From assembly GCA_045804645.1 (NCBI GenBank), contig JBJMMR010000006.1, forward strand, positions 19,827 through 83,826: 64,000 bases of DNA, in the 5' to 3' direction. The translations under genes were made by a program, and so were the position numbers. The notes beneath the pieces are model-generated. The model worked only from the letters and a program-made list of their open reading frames with translations. It was not told where the DNA came from and made no database searches. Shown one piece after another: positions 37,846-47,561 of this stretch (positions are counted from its first letter, which is position 1; each line of letters begins with the position of its first letter). This stretch comes from Chloroflexota bacterium (lineage in GTDB: Bacteria > Chloroflexota > Limnocylindria > Limnocylindrales > CSP1-4).

Positions 37846-39582
37846 ATGACTCGTTCTTCGAGCCTGTCGCGCCGGTTGGTGGCCGTCGTCGGCATCGCAG
37901 CGATCGTCGCTGCATGTTCGGGCAGCACACCGTCGGCCAGCACGGCCCCGTCGAGCGCTCCATCGGCCAGCGAGCCGGGCGCGTCGGCATCCGGAGAGGC
38001 ATTCACCGGGATCTCGTATCCCGAATCAGGTGACGCCCCCTGCGGCGTCGCGCCGTACACGGGGACCATCAAGAAGATCACGGCAGTCGACAAGCTGACC
38101 GTCGAGTTCCAGCTCTGTGGCCCTGACGTCGCGTTCCTGCCGAAGGCGGCGTTCTCGACGTTCGGGATCCAGGATTCGGCGTACCTCGAAGCCCACGCAC
38201 CGGACAAGTCGTACCTGACCCAGCCCAATGGGACGGGCCCGTACAAGCTCACCCAGTGGGATACGGGTAACAGGATCGATTTCGAGGCCAACCCCGACTA
38301 CTGGGGCGATGCCCCGAAGGCGCCGAAGGCCGAGCTCCGCTGGAGCGATACCGGCGCGCAGCGACTCGTCGAGCTCCAGTCGGGCTCGATCGACGGGATG
38401 GATAACCCGGGTCGCGAGGAGATCACCAAGATCAAGGCCGACTCGTCCCTGCAGTTCATGGCCCGCCCGCCGATGAACACGATGTACATCGGGATGAATC
38501 GCGCCGTGAAGCCGTGGGACGACGAGAACGTCCGCAAGGCGATCGCGATGGGCATCAATCGGCAGCAGGTCGTCGACAACTTCTATCCGGAAGGCTCGGA
38601 GGTCGCGACCCACTTCACGCCGTGCCCGCCGCTCGTGCCGTTCGGCTGCGAGGGCGACGCCTGGTATGACTTCGACGCGACGGCGGCGAAGAAGCTACTG
38701 ACCGACGCGAACTTCGATTTCTCGAAGACCTATCCGCTGTCGTTCCGCGCGGCGGTCCGTCCATACAACCCCGATCCGCCGGTCATCGCGACCGAGATCC
38801 AGCAGCAGCTCGAGACCAACCTCGGCATCAAGACCTCGATCGACCTCCAGGAGTCGGGCGCCTTCACCAAGGCCGTGACGGCCGGTGAGATGACCGGTCT
38901 GTTCATCTACGGCTGGGGTGCCGACTATCCGGATGCCACGAACTTCCTCGACTTCCACTTCGGTTCGGGGTCGGGCAAGAAGTTCGGAGGACCGTTCGAC
39001 GACATCGCCGCGGCCCTGACGAAGGGTGCGACGTCGGCGGCCGACGCCGACCGGCAGGCTGCCTACAAGGAGGCGAACGACCTCGTCAAGCAGCACGTCC
39101 CGGTCGTGCCGATCGCCCATGGCGCCACCGGCACCGCCTACAAGGCGGATGTCGAGGGCGGCCAGGCATCACCGCTGACCACCGAGATCCTCGCGGACAT
39201 GAAGCCCGGCGACCGCGACACGATGGTCTTCATGCAGAACGCTGAACCGCTCAGCCTCTACTGCGGCGACGAGTCGGACGGCGAGACGCTGCGCGCCTGT
39301 GAGCAGCTGTTCGAGTCGCTGTACGCGTACGAGATCAACGGGACCAAGCCGGTCCCGTCCCTCGCGACCGAGTGCACGCCGAACGACGACCTGTCGACGT
39401 GGACGTGCAAGCTCCGCGATGGCGTCACGTTCCACGACGGCGCGACCCTGGACGCCAACGACGTCGTCACGACGTATGCCGTCCAGTGGGACGCGAAGCA
39501 CCCGCTTCACGTCGGTAACTCCGGCGCCTTCGAGTACTGGGGTGGCCTGTTCGGGGGCTTCCTGAACCCGCCCGCCTCGTAA
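37846..39582 (+). CDS. Second ABC transporter solute-binding lipoprotein, family 5, a paralogue of SBP1 with the same circular permutation
   Basis: GAGGAG lies 9 nt upstream of the ATG. Lipobox: ..AAIVAAC. Core: ..NGTGPYKLTQW..YWG... The C-terminal module reads ..LSTWTCKLRDGVTFHDGATLDANDVVTTY.. Confidence 0.9.
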   Translation: MTRSSSLSRRLVAVVGIAAIVAACSGSTPSASTAPSSAPSASEPGASASGEAFTGISYPESGDAPCGVAPYTGTIKKITAVDKLTVEFQLCGPDVAFLPKAAFSTFGIQDSAYLEAHAPDKSYLTQPNGTGPYKLTQWDTGNRIDFEANPDYWGDAPKAPKAELRWSDTGAQRLVELQSGSIDGMDNPGREEITKIKADSSLQFMARPPMNTMYIGMNRAVKPWDDENVRKAIAMGINRQQVVDNFYPEGSEVATHFTPCPPLVPFGCEGDAWYDFDATAAKKLLTDANFDFSKTYPLSFRAAVRPYNPDPPVIATEIQQQLETNLGIKTSIDLQESGAFTKAVTAGEMTGLFIYGWGADYPDATNFLDFHFGSGSGKKFGGPFDDIAAALTKGATSAADADRQAAYKEANDLVKQHVPVVPIAHGATGTAYKADVEGGQASPLTTEILADMKPGDRDTMVFMQNAEPLSLYCGDESDGETLRACEQLFESLYAYEINGTKPVPSLATECTPNDDLSTWTCKLRDGVTFHDGATLDANDVVTTYAVQWDAKHPLHVGNSGAFEYWGGLFGGFLNPPAS

Positions 39583-39604
39583 CCTCACGGTTCGGACATC
39601 GATC

Positions 39605-39635
39605 GGACAGGGACGCCCTTGCGGCGTCCCTGTCC
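39605..39635 (+). terminator. Perfect 13-bp stem / 5-nt loop hairpin between the SBP2 gene and the permease genes (intra-operon attenuator or mRNA stabiliser)
   Basis: GGACAGGGACGCC-cttgc-GGCGTCCCTGTCC. There is no U-tract. Confidence 0.55.
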
Positions 39636-39672
39636 GCTATCAACGGCACACTGAGGGGACCGAACTCCCCGG

Positions 39673-40749
39673 ATGACCCGATTCATCCTCCGTCGCCTGG
39701 CGCTGACGATCCCGGTGCTGTTCGGGATCTTGTTCCTCGTGTTCGCCCTCGCCCGACTCGTCCCCGGGGATCCGTGCAGAGCGGTGCTCGGCGAGCGCGC
39801 GACCGACGTCGTCTGCGATGCGTACGCGAAGCGCAACGGGCTCGACCAACCGATCCCGGCCCAGTTCGCGATCTATGTCGGCCAGGTGGCGACGGGCGAT
39901 CTCGGCAACTCGTTGAAGCTCTCGCGGCCGGTCGGCCAGATGCTGATCGACCGGCTCCCGACAACGGTCGAGCTGACGCTACTGGCGATGTTCTTCGCCG
40001 TCATCGTCGGCATCCCGCTCGGGCTGTGGTCGGCCGTCCGCCACAACTCGAAAGCGGACGTCGGCACGATGGTCTTCGCCAACCTCGGCGTGTCGATCCC
40101 GGTCTTCGTTCTCGGCCTGCTGCTGGCCTATCTCTTCGGTGTCGTCTTCAAGGAGACGCCGTTGGCGCTACCGCCATCGGGTCGCCTGAGCTCGGGCGTC
40201 CGCGTCGAGACGATGGTCCAGGTGTGGGGCCTGAAGGGGCTGACCGGACCGCTGAAGGGCCTGCTTGACTTCCTGTCGGGGATCTACATACCGACCGCCA
40301 TCATCACCGGCCAGTGGAACGCCGCCGTGGACGCGTTCCGTCACCTGCTGCTTCCGGCGCTCGCGTTGTCGACCATCCCGATGGCGATCATCGCGCGCAT
40401 CACCCGCTCGAGCCTCCTGGACGTCCTCGGTCGCGACTACGTTCGAACCGCTCGCGCCAAAGGACTCAAGGAGCGCTCGGTCGTGCTTCGCCACGGCGCA
40501 CGAAACGCGCTCCTGCCCGTCGTGACGATCATCGGTCTGCAGCTCGGCGCACTGCTGTCGGGGGCGGTCCTCACTGAAACGGTGTTCAACCTGGCAGGGG
40601 TCGGCCGGACGCTGTATGAGGCGATCACGGGCAGGGATTACGTCGTGATCCAGGGCTTCACGCTGGCCATCGCGGTCATCTACGTGGTGGTGAACCTGCT
40701 CGTGGACCTGTCGTACGGCATCCTCGACCCGCGCGTGCGCCAGCAATGA
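39673..40749 (+). CDS. ABC peptide/nickel-type permease (DppB/OppB-like)
   Basis: MTRFILRRLALTIPVLFGILFLVFAL..LVPGDP.., with the EAA-loop region ..YVRTARAKGLKERSVVLRHGARNALLP.. Confidence 0.9.
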   Translation: MTRFILRRLALTIPVLFGILFLVFALARLVPGDPCRAVLGERATDVVCDAYAKRNGLDQPIPAQFAIYVGQVATGDLGNSLKLSRPVGQMLIDRLPTTVELTLLAMFFAVIVGIPLGLWSAVRHNSKADVGTMVFANLGVSIPVFVLGLLLAYLFGVVFKETPLALPPSGRLSSGVRVETMVQVWGLKGLTGPLKGLLDFLSGIYIPTAIITGQWNAAVDAFRHLLLPALALSTIPMAIIARITRSSLLDVLGRDYVRTARAKGLKERSVVLRHGARNALLPVVTIIGLQLGALLSGAVLTETVFNLAGVGRTLYEAITGRDYVVIQGFTLAIAVIYVVVNLLVDLSYGILDPRVRQQ

Positions 40750-41705
40750 GCGGCGGCGGGCCGATCGCGGGCGGTGTGACGACGACCGACGGCCTCCTCG
40801 AGACGGGGCGGCCGACGAAGCCTGCGAGCCTGTGGCGCGACACCGGAGCGAGCATCCTCCGGCAGCGCTCGGCGGTGGTCGGCCTCATCCTGCTGATCGC
40901 GCTCGTCCTGATGGCGATCTTCGCCCCGGTCATCGCCACGCACGACCCGAACAAGTCGCTTCTCGGGCAGCCGGGCGAGCAGCGTCGCGTCGGGCCGTGC
41001 ATCCATCTCCTCGGTTGCCCCGCGGACCAGGCACAACACCTGTTCGGGACCGACGGCAATGCCCGGGACGTGTACAGCCGGGTCGTATACGGAGCTCGCA
41101 CGTCGCTGACCGTCGGCCTTGGCGCTGTCACCTTCGCCATCATCATCGGCACCGCCATCGGCGCGATCGCCGGGTTCGTGACCGGATGGGCGGATAACGG
41201 TTTGATGCGTCTCATGGACGTCGTCCTCGCCTTCCCATCATTGCTGCTCGCGATCGCGATCGTCACCGCCGCCGGGAGAAGCCTGTTCAACGCGTTGGTC
41301 GCGATCGCGATCGTGTCGATCCCCGTCTATGCCCGGATCGCCCGTTCCGCCGTGCTCACGACCCGCGAGCAGGACTTCGTCACGGCCTCGCGGGCCCTCG
41401 GTGAGTCCTCGATCGGCATCCTGACCCGGCGGATCCTGCCGAACTCGTTCACGCCGCTCGTGGTCCAGGGCACGCTCGACATCGGGACAGCGGTCCTCGG
41501 CATCGCCGCCCTTGCCTTCATCGGCGTCACGGGCGACCTATCGAATCCGGAATGGGGCTCGATGATCGGGCTGGAGAAGGACCAGCTATTCAACGCGCCG
41601 CACATCATCCTGGCGCCGGGTATCGCGATCACGATCACCGTGCTCGCGTTCAACCTGCTCGGCGACGGGCTCCGCGATGCGCTCGATCCGAGGCTCAATC
41701 GATGA
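40746..41705 (+). CDS. ABC peptide/nickel-type permease (DppC/OppC-like)
   Basis: ..DPNKS.., ..[21 protein letters not shown].., ..[12 protein letters not shown]... The ATG overlaps the upstream stop (ATGA). Confidence 0.9.
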   Translation: MSGGGPIAGGVTTTDGLLETGRPTKPASLWRDTGASILRQRSAVVGLILLIALVLMAIFAPVIATHDPNKSLLGQPGEQRRVGPCIHLLGCPADQAQHLFGTDGNARDVYSRVVYGARTSLTVGLGAVTFAIIIGTAIGAIAGFVTGWADNGLMRLMDVVLAFPSLLLAIAIVTAAGRSLFNALVAIAIVSIPVYARIARSAVLTTREQDFVTASRALGESSIGILTRRILPNSFTPLVVQGTLDIGTAVLGIAALAFIGVTGDLSNPEWGSMIGLEKDQLFNAPHIILAPGIAITITVLAFNLLGDGLRDALDPRLNR

Positions 41706-42955
41706 CCGACGAGCAGCCGCCGCCCGGCACGCCGCTGCCCGCCACGCCGCTGCCGGGTAGCGCGCCGACGCCCGGTGCCGCGATCCCCGAAACCACGGAC
41801 GGGGCCGAGCCGACGATCGTGGTCAAGCCGAACGCCGCGACATCGATCCTCGACCCGTCGGCCCAAGGCAATGTCATCGAAGAACTCGTTCCGGCCTCGC
41901 ATCGCCGCCCGAAGCACGAGCGCGGCGAGCGACCGCTGCTCGAGGTCGACGGGCTGCGGACGTCGTTCTACACGCGCGAGGGCGTGGTCCGAGCGGTCGA
42001 TGGCATCGACTTCCATGTCGATCGCGGCGAGATCATGGGGCTCGTCGGCGAGTCCGGCTGCGGCAAGAGCGTCACCAGCTTGTCGATCATGCGCCTCGTC
42101 GCGAACCCGGGACGCATCGAGGGCGGCCGCATCCTGTTCGACGGGCACGACCTGCTGACGATGTCCGACGAGCAGATGCGCCACATCCGCGGCGATCGGA
42201 TCAGCATGATCTTCCAGCAGCCCCAGTCCTCGCTGAATCCGGTGTGGGATGTCGGCAAGCAGATCGGCGAGGTCCTCGAGCTGCACCGTGGGATGAAGAA
42301 GGGTCCGGCGCGAGACCGGGCGCTCGATCTGCTGCGGATGGTCGGCATCCCGGATCCAAAGCGGCGCCTCGACTCGTTCCCGCACGAGCTGTCGGGCGGC
42401 ATGGCCCAGCGCGTGATGATCGCGATGGCCCTCGCGTGTGAGCCCGAGCTGCTGATCGCCGACGAGCCGACGACCGCGCTCGACGTGACGATCCAGGCGC
42501 AGATACTCGACCTGATGCGCAACCTCCGCGACGAGACCGGGACGGCGATCATCCTCATCACCCACGACCTCGGTGTCGTCGCCGAGATGTGCGATCGCGT
42601 CGCGGTGATGTATGCCGGCGAGATCGTCGAGCAGAGCGACGTCACGTCGCTCTTCCGTCGTCCCAAGCATCCATACACCCAGGGTCTCATCGCGTCGATC
42701 CCGGTGGTGGGGTCCGTCCAGGACGAGCTGAGGGTCATCCCCGGTACCGTCCCGAACCTGATCGACCTCCCGCCGAGCTGTCGGTTCGCGCCACGCTGCC
42801 TGACGCGCATCGAGAAGGACGTGACGCTCGCGACCGAGCTCCATCCCGAGCTGCGTCCGGTGGGTCCGGGTCATGACGTGCGGTGCTGGGTCTACCACGA
42901 CGCCGACGGCGACCCGATCGCAGAGGATGTCGGGGCCGTGGGAGCCGAGACGTGA
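41702..42955 (+). CDS. ABC ATPase (DppD/OppD-like) with a ~80-aa Pro-rich N-terminal extension
   Basis: Walker [26 protein letters not shown], and the C-terminal oligopeptide-ATPase Cys motif ..[10 protein letters not shown].. are present. The ATG overlaps the upstream stop (ATGA). Confidence 0.88.
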   Translation: MTDEQPPPGTPLPATPLPGSAPTPGAAIPETTDGAEPTIVVKPNAATSILDPSAQGNVIEELVPASHRRPKHERGERPLLEVDGLRTSFYTREGVVRAVDGIDFHVDRGEIMGLVGESGCGKSVTSLSIMRLVANPGRIEGGRILFDGHDLLTMSDEQMRHIRGDRISMIFQQPQSSLNPVWDVGKQIGEVLELHRGMKKGPARDRALDLLRMVGIPDPKRRLDSFPHELSGGMAQRVMIAMALACEPELLIADEPTTALDVTIQAQILDLMRNLRDETGTAIILITHDLGVVAEMCDRVAVMYAGEIVEQSDVTSLFRRPKHPYTQGLIASIPVVGSVQDELRVIPGTVPNLIDLPPSCRFAPRCLTRIEKDVTLATELHPELRPVGPGHDVRCWVYHDADGDPIAEDVGAVGAET

Positions 42956-44001
42956 CCGCGTCCGCGCCGCTCGTCGAGGTCACCGATCTCGTCAAGCACT
43001 TCCCGATCGCTGGCGGCGTCATCCATCGGACGCAGGGTTGGGTGCAGGCGGTCGATGGCGTCACCTTCGACGTTCAACGAGGCGAGACGCTCGGCCTGGT
43101 CGGCGAATCGGGCTGCGGCAAGACGACGGTCGGCCGGCTGTTGCTCCGGCTCATCGAGCCGACCTCCGGGACGATCCGGTTCGACGGCCAGGACATCACG
43201 ACGTTGAAGGGGTCGGCGCTCAAGCGCTACCGCCGCCGTATCCAGATCATCTTCCAGGACCCGTATGCGAGCCTCGACCCGCGGACACCGATCGGCGACA
43301 GCATCGGCGAGGGCCTGCGGATCCACGGGATCGGCACCCCGACCGAACGACGCGCCAAGGTCGCCCGGATGATGGACATGGTCGGGTTGCAGCCTTACCA
43401 CGCCCGACGCTATCCACACGAGTTCAGCGGCGGCCAGCGCCAGCGGATCGGGATCGCTCGCGCACTCGTCCTGGAGCCGGAGCTCGTCGTTTGCGACGAA
43501 CCAGTCTCGGCGCTCGACGTGTCGATCCAGGCGCAGGTCCTGAACCTGCTCAAGTCGCTCCAGCGCGACCTCGGGCTGACCTACGTGTTCGTCGCTCACA
43601 ACATGGGCGTTGTGGAGCACATCAGCGACCGGGTGGCGGTGATGTACCTCGGCCGCATCGCGGAGATCTCCGAGCGTACGGCGCTCTTCCGACAGCAGGA
43701 ACACCCCTACACCGTCGCACTCATGTCGGCGATCCCGGTCCCCGACCCCGAGATCCGCCGTCAGCGGGTGATCCTGACCGGTGACGTCCCGAGCCCGGTC
43801 AACCCGCCGTCGGGTTGTCGGTTCCATCCGCGCTGTCCATTGCGGGCGGCACTAGGGAACCCGGAGATCTGTGCGAGCGATGAGCCGCAGCTCGACGATG
43901 TCGGGGGCGACCACCTGGTGGCGTGCCACTTCCGGGGTCAGAAGGCGCCCGCCCGTATCGCGCACACGTCGACGGTGGAGGCGATCGCAGCCGGCGGCTG
44001 A
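42952..44001 (+). CDS. ABC ATPase (DppF/OppF-like), GTG start
   Basis: [33 protein letters not shown] and ..[10 protein letters not shown].. are present. The GTG overlaps the upstream stop (GTGA). Confidence 0.9.
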   Translation: MTASAPLVEVTDLVKHFPIAGGVIHRTQGWVQAVDGVTFDVQRGETLGLVGESGCGKTTVGRLLLRLIEPTSGTIRFDGQDITTLKGSALKRYRRRIQIIFQDPYASLDPRTPIGDSIGEGLRIHGIGTPTERRAKVARMMDMVGLQPYHARRYPHEFSGGQRQRIGIARALVLEPELVVCDEPVSALDVSIQAQVLNLLKSLQRDLGLTYVFVAHNMGVVEHISDRVAVMYLGRIAEISERTALFRQQEHPYTVALMSAIPVPDPEIRRQRVILTGDVPSPVNPPSGCRFHPRCPLRAALGNPEICASDEPQLDDVGGDHLVACHFRGQKAPARIAHTSTVEAIAAGG

Positions 44002-44070
44002 CAGTAGCGGTAGCGGCGAACCGAGACGCCCGCGGCGACGGCGGAGTCCGCGGAAGACCGATCACGCAAG

Positions 44071-44158
44071 ATGCGCCGGGGGCATACGGACCCCTTCGTT
44101 CGGAGGGCATGCCCCCGCTGCATGATGAGCAAGTGGGCGACGCGTAAGTCGCATCATG
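44071..44158. terminator. Two adjacent long imperfect hairpins in the gap between the convergent ABC operons
   Basis: Hairpin A: ATGCgcCGGGGGCAT...ATGCCCCCGctGCAT (44071..44123). Hairpin B: CATGATG..GCGAC-gcgtaa-GTCGC-ATCATG (44121..44158). Confidence 0.45.
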
Positions 44159-44168
44159 GGCAGTCGCC

Positions 44169-45497
44169 CTACTGCAGCGGCGACTCAGGCGGCTTGGCCG
44201 CTCCGTCCGTCCCTGCCGAGGCGTCTGTCCCATCGCCGTGGCCAGCGCTTGTCGTTGCCGCGCCACCGCTCGTTCCCGCGCCTGTGCTCGTTGCCCCGCC
44301 GCCGGTCGGCGGACCGCCGATGACGGTCTCCGCGATGTCGACGGTCTGCTCGAGCGCCTGCGCCCCAGCGAGCTCGGGTCGGATCGTCTTGAGCGCCGCC
44401 TCGGGGGTGCCGCGCCGGACCGGGCTCATCTCGATGTGGCTGACGCCGACATCCGAGGCTTGGGCCTGCTCTGCGAAGTGGCAGGCAGCCCCGTGGTCGC
44501 CGGTAAGCGTCCGGAGTGGCGGATCGATCGTCCGGCACTGCTCCGGCTGTCCGAGCCGCTCATAGAGCCAGCACCGGGTGTGGAAACGGCAGCCTTCGGG
44601 TGGGTTCACAGGGCTCGGGACATCGCCGGTGAGGATCACCCGCTTCCGCTTGCGCTCCAGCTCCGGGTCGGGGACCGGCACGGCAGAGAGCAGTGCCCGC
44701 GAATATGGATGGCCGGGGTTCGCATACATGACGTCGGGCGGACCGATCTCGACGATCTTGCCGAGGTACATCACCGCCACCCGGTCGCTGATGTGCTTGA
44801 CGACGGACAGGTCGTGGGCGATGAACAGGTAGGTCAACCCGAGCTGGTCACGCAGGTCAGTCAGCAGGTTGAGGACCTGCGCCTGGATCGACACATCGAG
44901 CGCCGAGATCGGCTCGTCGCAGACGATGAACTCGGGCTCGACGGCGAGGGCGCGCGCGACCCCGATGCGCTGCCGCTGGCCACCGCTGAACTCGTGGGGG
45001 TAGCGGTTCACGTACTTCGGGTCGAGGCCGACGATGCGCAGCAGGTCCTGGACGCGCTGCTTCTTCGCGTCGCCGGACGCGAGGTGATGCACGTCGATAG
45101 GCTCGCTGATGATCGAACCTACGGTCATCCGCGGATCGAGCGACCCGTAGGGGTCCTGGAAGATGATCTGCATCCGGCGGCGCATCTTCCGCAGCGCGTC
45201 GGACTTGAGGGTCCCGAGATCGATACCGTCGAAACGGACGGTTCCCGAGGTGACATCGCGGAGTCGGATCAACGCCCGCCCCGTCGTGCTCTTGCCGCAG
45301 CCGGATTCCCCGACGAGTCCGAGCGTCTCGCCTTGGCGGACCTCGAACGTGACGCCGTCGACGGCCTTCACCGTCCCGACTTCGCTCTGGAAGATCCCCT
45401 GGCGGATCGGGAAATGGACCTTCAGATCCTCGACCTGGATGAGGTCCGGCTGGTCCGCGGTCGGGGCGAGGCCAGGCTCGGGCATGCTGACGGTCAC
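44169..45497 (-). CDS. ABC ATPase (OppF-like) with a ~100-aa Gly/Thr/Ala-rich C-terminal tail. Start candidates are 45497 (GTG, GTGA overlap), 45506 and 45485.
   Basis: [33 protein letters not shown] and ..[10 protein letters not shown].. are present. The tail reads ..[49 protein letters not shown]. Confidence 0.88.
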   Translation of the reverse strand: MTVSMPEPGLAPTADQPDLIQVEDLKVHFPIRQGIFQSEVGTVKAVDGVTFEVRQGETLGLVGESGCGKSTTGRALIRLRDVTSGTVRFDGIDLGTLKSDALRKMRRRMQIIFQDPYGSLDPRMTVGSIISEPIDVHHLASGDAKKQRVQDLLRIVGLDPKYVNRYPHEFSGGQRQRIGVARALAVEPEFIVCDEPISALDVSIQAQVLNLLTDLRDQLGLTYLFIAHDLSVVKHISDRVAVMYLGKIVEIGPPDVMYANPGHPYSRALLSAVPVPDPELERKRKRVILTGDVPSPVNPPEGCRFHTRCWLYERLGQPEQCRTIDPPLRTLTGDHGAACHFAEQAQASDVGVSHIEMSPVRRGTPEAALKTIRPELAGAQALEQTVDIAETVIGGPPTGGGATSTGAGTSGGAATTSAGHGDGTDASAGTDGAAKPPESPLQ

Positions 45498-46600
45498 GGG
45501 ATCCATCCATCTGGCTGCGTCGCCCAGCACCGCGCGTAGTGTGATGCGCCACGCTCGGTCAGCTCGGGCTCGTCCTCGCGGCAGATGTCGCGCGCGAACC
45601 GACAGCGCGGCTCGAACCGGCAGGCGTCAGGCGGCTGGATGAGCAGGGGCGGGAGTCCCTCGATCGTCCGGAGGCGATCGCCTCTGACATCGTCGAGCCT
45701 CGGCAGCGAGTCGAGGAGACCCCATGTGTAGGGCATCCGCGGCCTCTCGAAGAGCTCGTCGACGGTGGCGGTCTCGACGATCCGGCCGGCGTACATGACA
45801 TTGACGCGGTCGCACATCCCGGCGGCGATGCCGAGATCGTGGGTGATCATCAGGACGGCCGTGTGGAACTCGTCCGACAGCCGTTCGATCAGCTCGAGGA
45901 TCTGTGCCTGGATGGTCACGTCGAGGGCGGTCGTCGGCTCGTCGGCAAGGATGAGCTTCGGGTCGCAAGCGAGAGCGATCGCGATCATGACGCGCTGGCG
46001 CATCCCGCCAGAGAACTGGTGCGGGTAGTCGTTCAGCCGATCCTTCGCCCGCGGGATTCCGACCTTGCCGAGCAGCTCAGCCACGCGGTCCCGCGCCGCC
46101 GAGCTCGAGAGCCCCATGTGCTGACGGATCGACTCGGCGATCTGGTAACCGATCGTGAGCGTCGGGTTGAGGCTCGTCAGCGGGTCCTGGAAGATGAAGC
46201 CGATCTCCTTGCCGCGGAGATGGCGCATCTCGTCGTCGTTCATCTTCAGGACATCGATCCCGTCGAAGATGACCTCGCCGGCAACGATGCGGCCCGGTGG
46301 GTTCGGCACGAGGCGAGCGATCGACAGCGCCGTGACGCTCTTCCCGCAACCGGACTCCCCGACGAGCCCGAGCGTCTCACCGTAGCCGAGCTCGAACGAC
46401 ACGTCGTCGACGGCCTGGACGACACCGTCAGGCGTGAAGAAGTGCGTCGAAAGGTTGCGGACCGTCAGGAGCTTGTCAGCCTTCTGGCCCGACTCGGCTC
46501 GCGGCTCGGTCGGTGTCTGCGTCCGCCGTGCATCGTCCGGCGAGACCTCGATGATGCTCGGGGCGTCCGGCTCGGTCATCGTGTCGTCGACGGCACCCAC
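45494..46600 (-). CDS. ABC ATPase (OppD-like)
   Basis: [27 protein letters not shown], ..[10 protein letters not shown].. Confidence 0.9.
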   Translation of the reverse strand: MGAVDDTMTEPDAPSIIEVSPDDARRTQTPTEPRAESGQKADKLLTVRNLSTHFFTPDGVVQAVDDVSFELGYGETLGLVGESGCGKSVTALSIARLVPNPPGRIVAGEVIFDGIDVLKMNDDEMRHLRGKEIGFIFQDPLTSLNPTLTIGYQIAESIRQHMGLSSSAARDRVAELLGKVGIPRAKDRLNDYPHQFSGGMRQRVMIAIALACDPKLILADEPTTALDVTIQAQILELIERLSDEFHTAVLMITHDLGIAAGMCDRVNVMYAGRIVETATVDELFERPRMPYTWGLLDSLPRLDDVRGDRLRTIEGLPPLLIQPPDACRFEPRCRFARDICREDEPELTERGASHYARCWATQPDGWIP

Positions 46601-47545
46601 CTACTGCTTGCCCTTGAGCTTCGGGTCGAGCGCATCGCGCAGACCGTCGCCGAGGAACGTGAACCCGATGAGGGCGAGTGCGATCGCGATCGCGGGGAAC
46701 GTCACGAGGTGGGGCTCCGAGCGGATGAACTTCTGACCTTCCGCGATGAGGCTGCCCCACGACGCGCGCGGCGGCTGCACGCCGATGCCGATGTACGCGA
46801 GCGTGGCCTCGGCGAGGATCGCTGCCGGGATGCCGAGCGTGATCGCGACGATGATCGGCCCCATGCCATTCGGCAGCAGGTGGCGGGTCACGATCTTCCG
46901 GTCGGACACGCCGATGGCCCTCGCGGCCTCGACGAACTCGGTCTCCTTGAGTGCCAGCATCTGACCTCGGACGAGCCGCGCCACGGTGACCCACGACGTG
47001 ATTCCGATCGCGATGAACACGAGCAGCAGGCCGTCGAGTGCCTGTCCGAACGGCGTCTCCCGGAACGCGACCGAAAGCAGGATGATGAACAGCAGGTCGG
47101 GGAACGCGTAGATGATGTCGGTGAACCGCATCAGCAGGTTGTCTGTTCGTCCACCGAACCAACCGGCCAGCGCGCCGACCGGGACGCCGATGAGGATGAT
47201 GACGACCTGGACGACGAACGCGACGCTGACGCTGATCCGCGCCCCATCGAGCAGCCGGCTCAGCAGGTCGCGGCCGAGCTGGTCCGTGCCGAGGATGTGG
47301 CCCGGTGAGCCGGGTGGTAGCGGTCCGTGACCTCCCGCGAGCACGGCCTTCAGGTCCTGCTGGGAATACGGGTACGGCGCGAGCAACGGCCCGAAGACGC
47401 CAAGGAACACGAGCGTGATGACGAGGATCAGGCCGACGATCGCGAGCCGGTTCTTGCGAAGCCGACCCCATGCGTCGCGCCACAGGCCGGTCGCCGGCCG
47501 GGCACGAACGGCACCTACCTGGGCGCTGGCAGCTTGAGTGGTCAT
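46601..47545 (-). CDS. ABC peptide-type permease (OppC-like)
   Basis: ..GTDQLGRDLLSRLLDGARISV.., ..EFVEAARAIGVSDRKIVTRHLLPN.. Confidence 0.9.
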   Translation of the reverse strand: MTTQAASAQVGAVRARPATGLWRDAWGRLRKNRLAIVGLILVITLVFLGVFGPLLAPYPYSQQDLKAVLAGGHGPLPPGSPGHILGTDQLGRDLLSRLLDGARISVSVAFVVQVVIILIGVPVGALAGWFGGRTDNLLMRFTDIIYAFPDLLFIILLSVAFRETPFGQALDGLLLVFIAIGITSWVTVARLVRGQMLALKETEFVEAARAIGVSDRKIVTRHLLPNGMGPIIVAITLGIPAAILAEATLAYIGIGVQPPRASWGSLIAEGQKFIRSEPHLVTFPAIAIALALIGFTFLGDGLRDALDPKLKGKQ

Positions 47546-47561
47546 GGTGGTGCTCCCGTCC

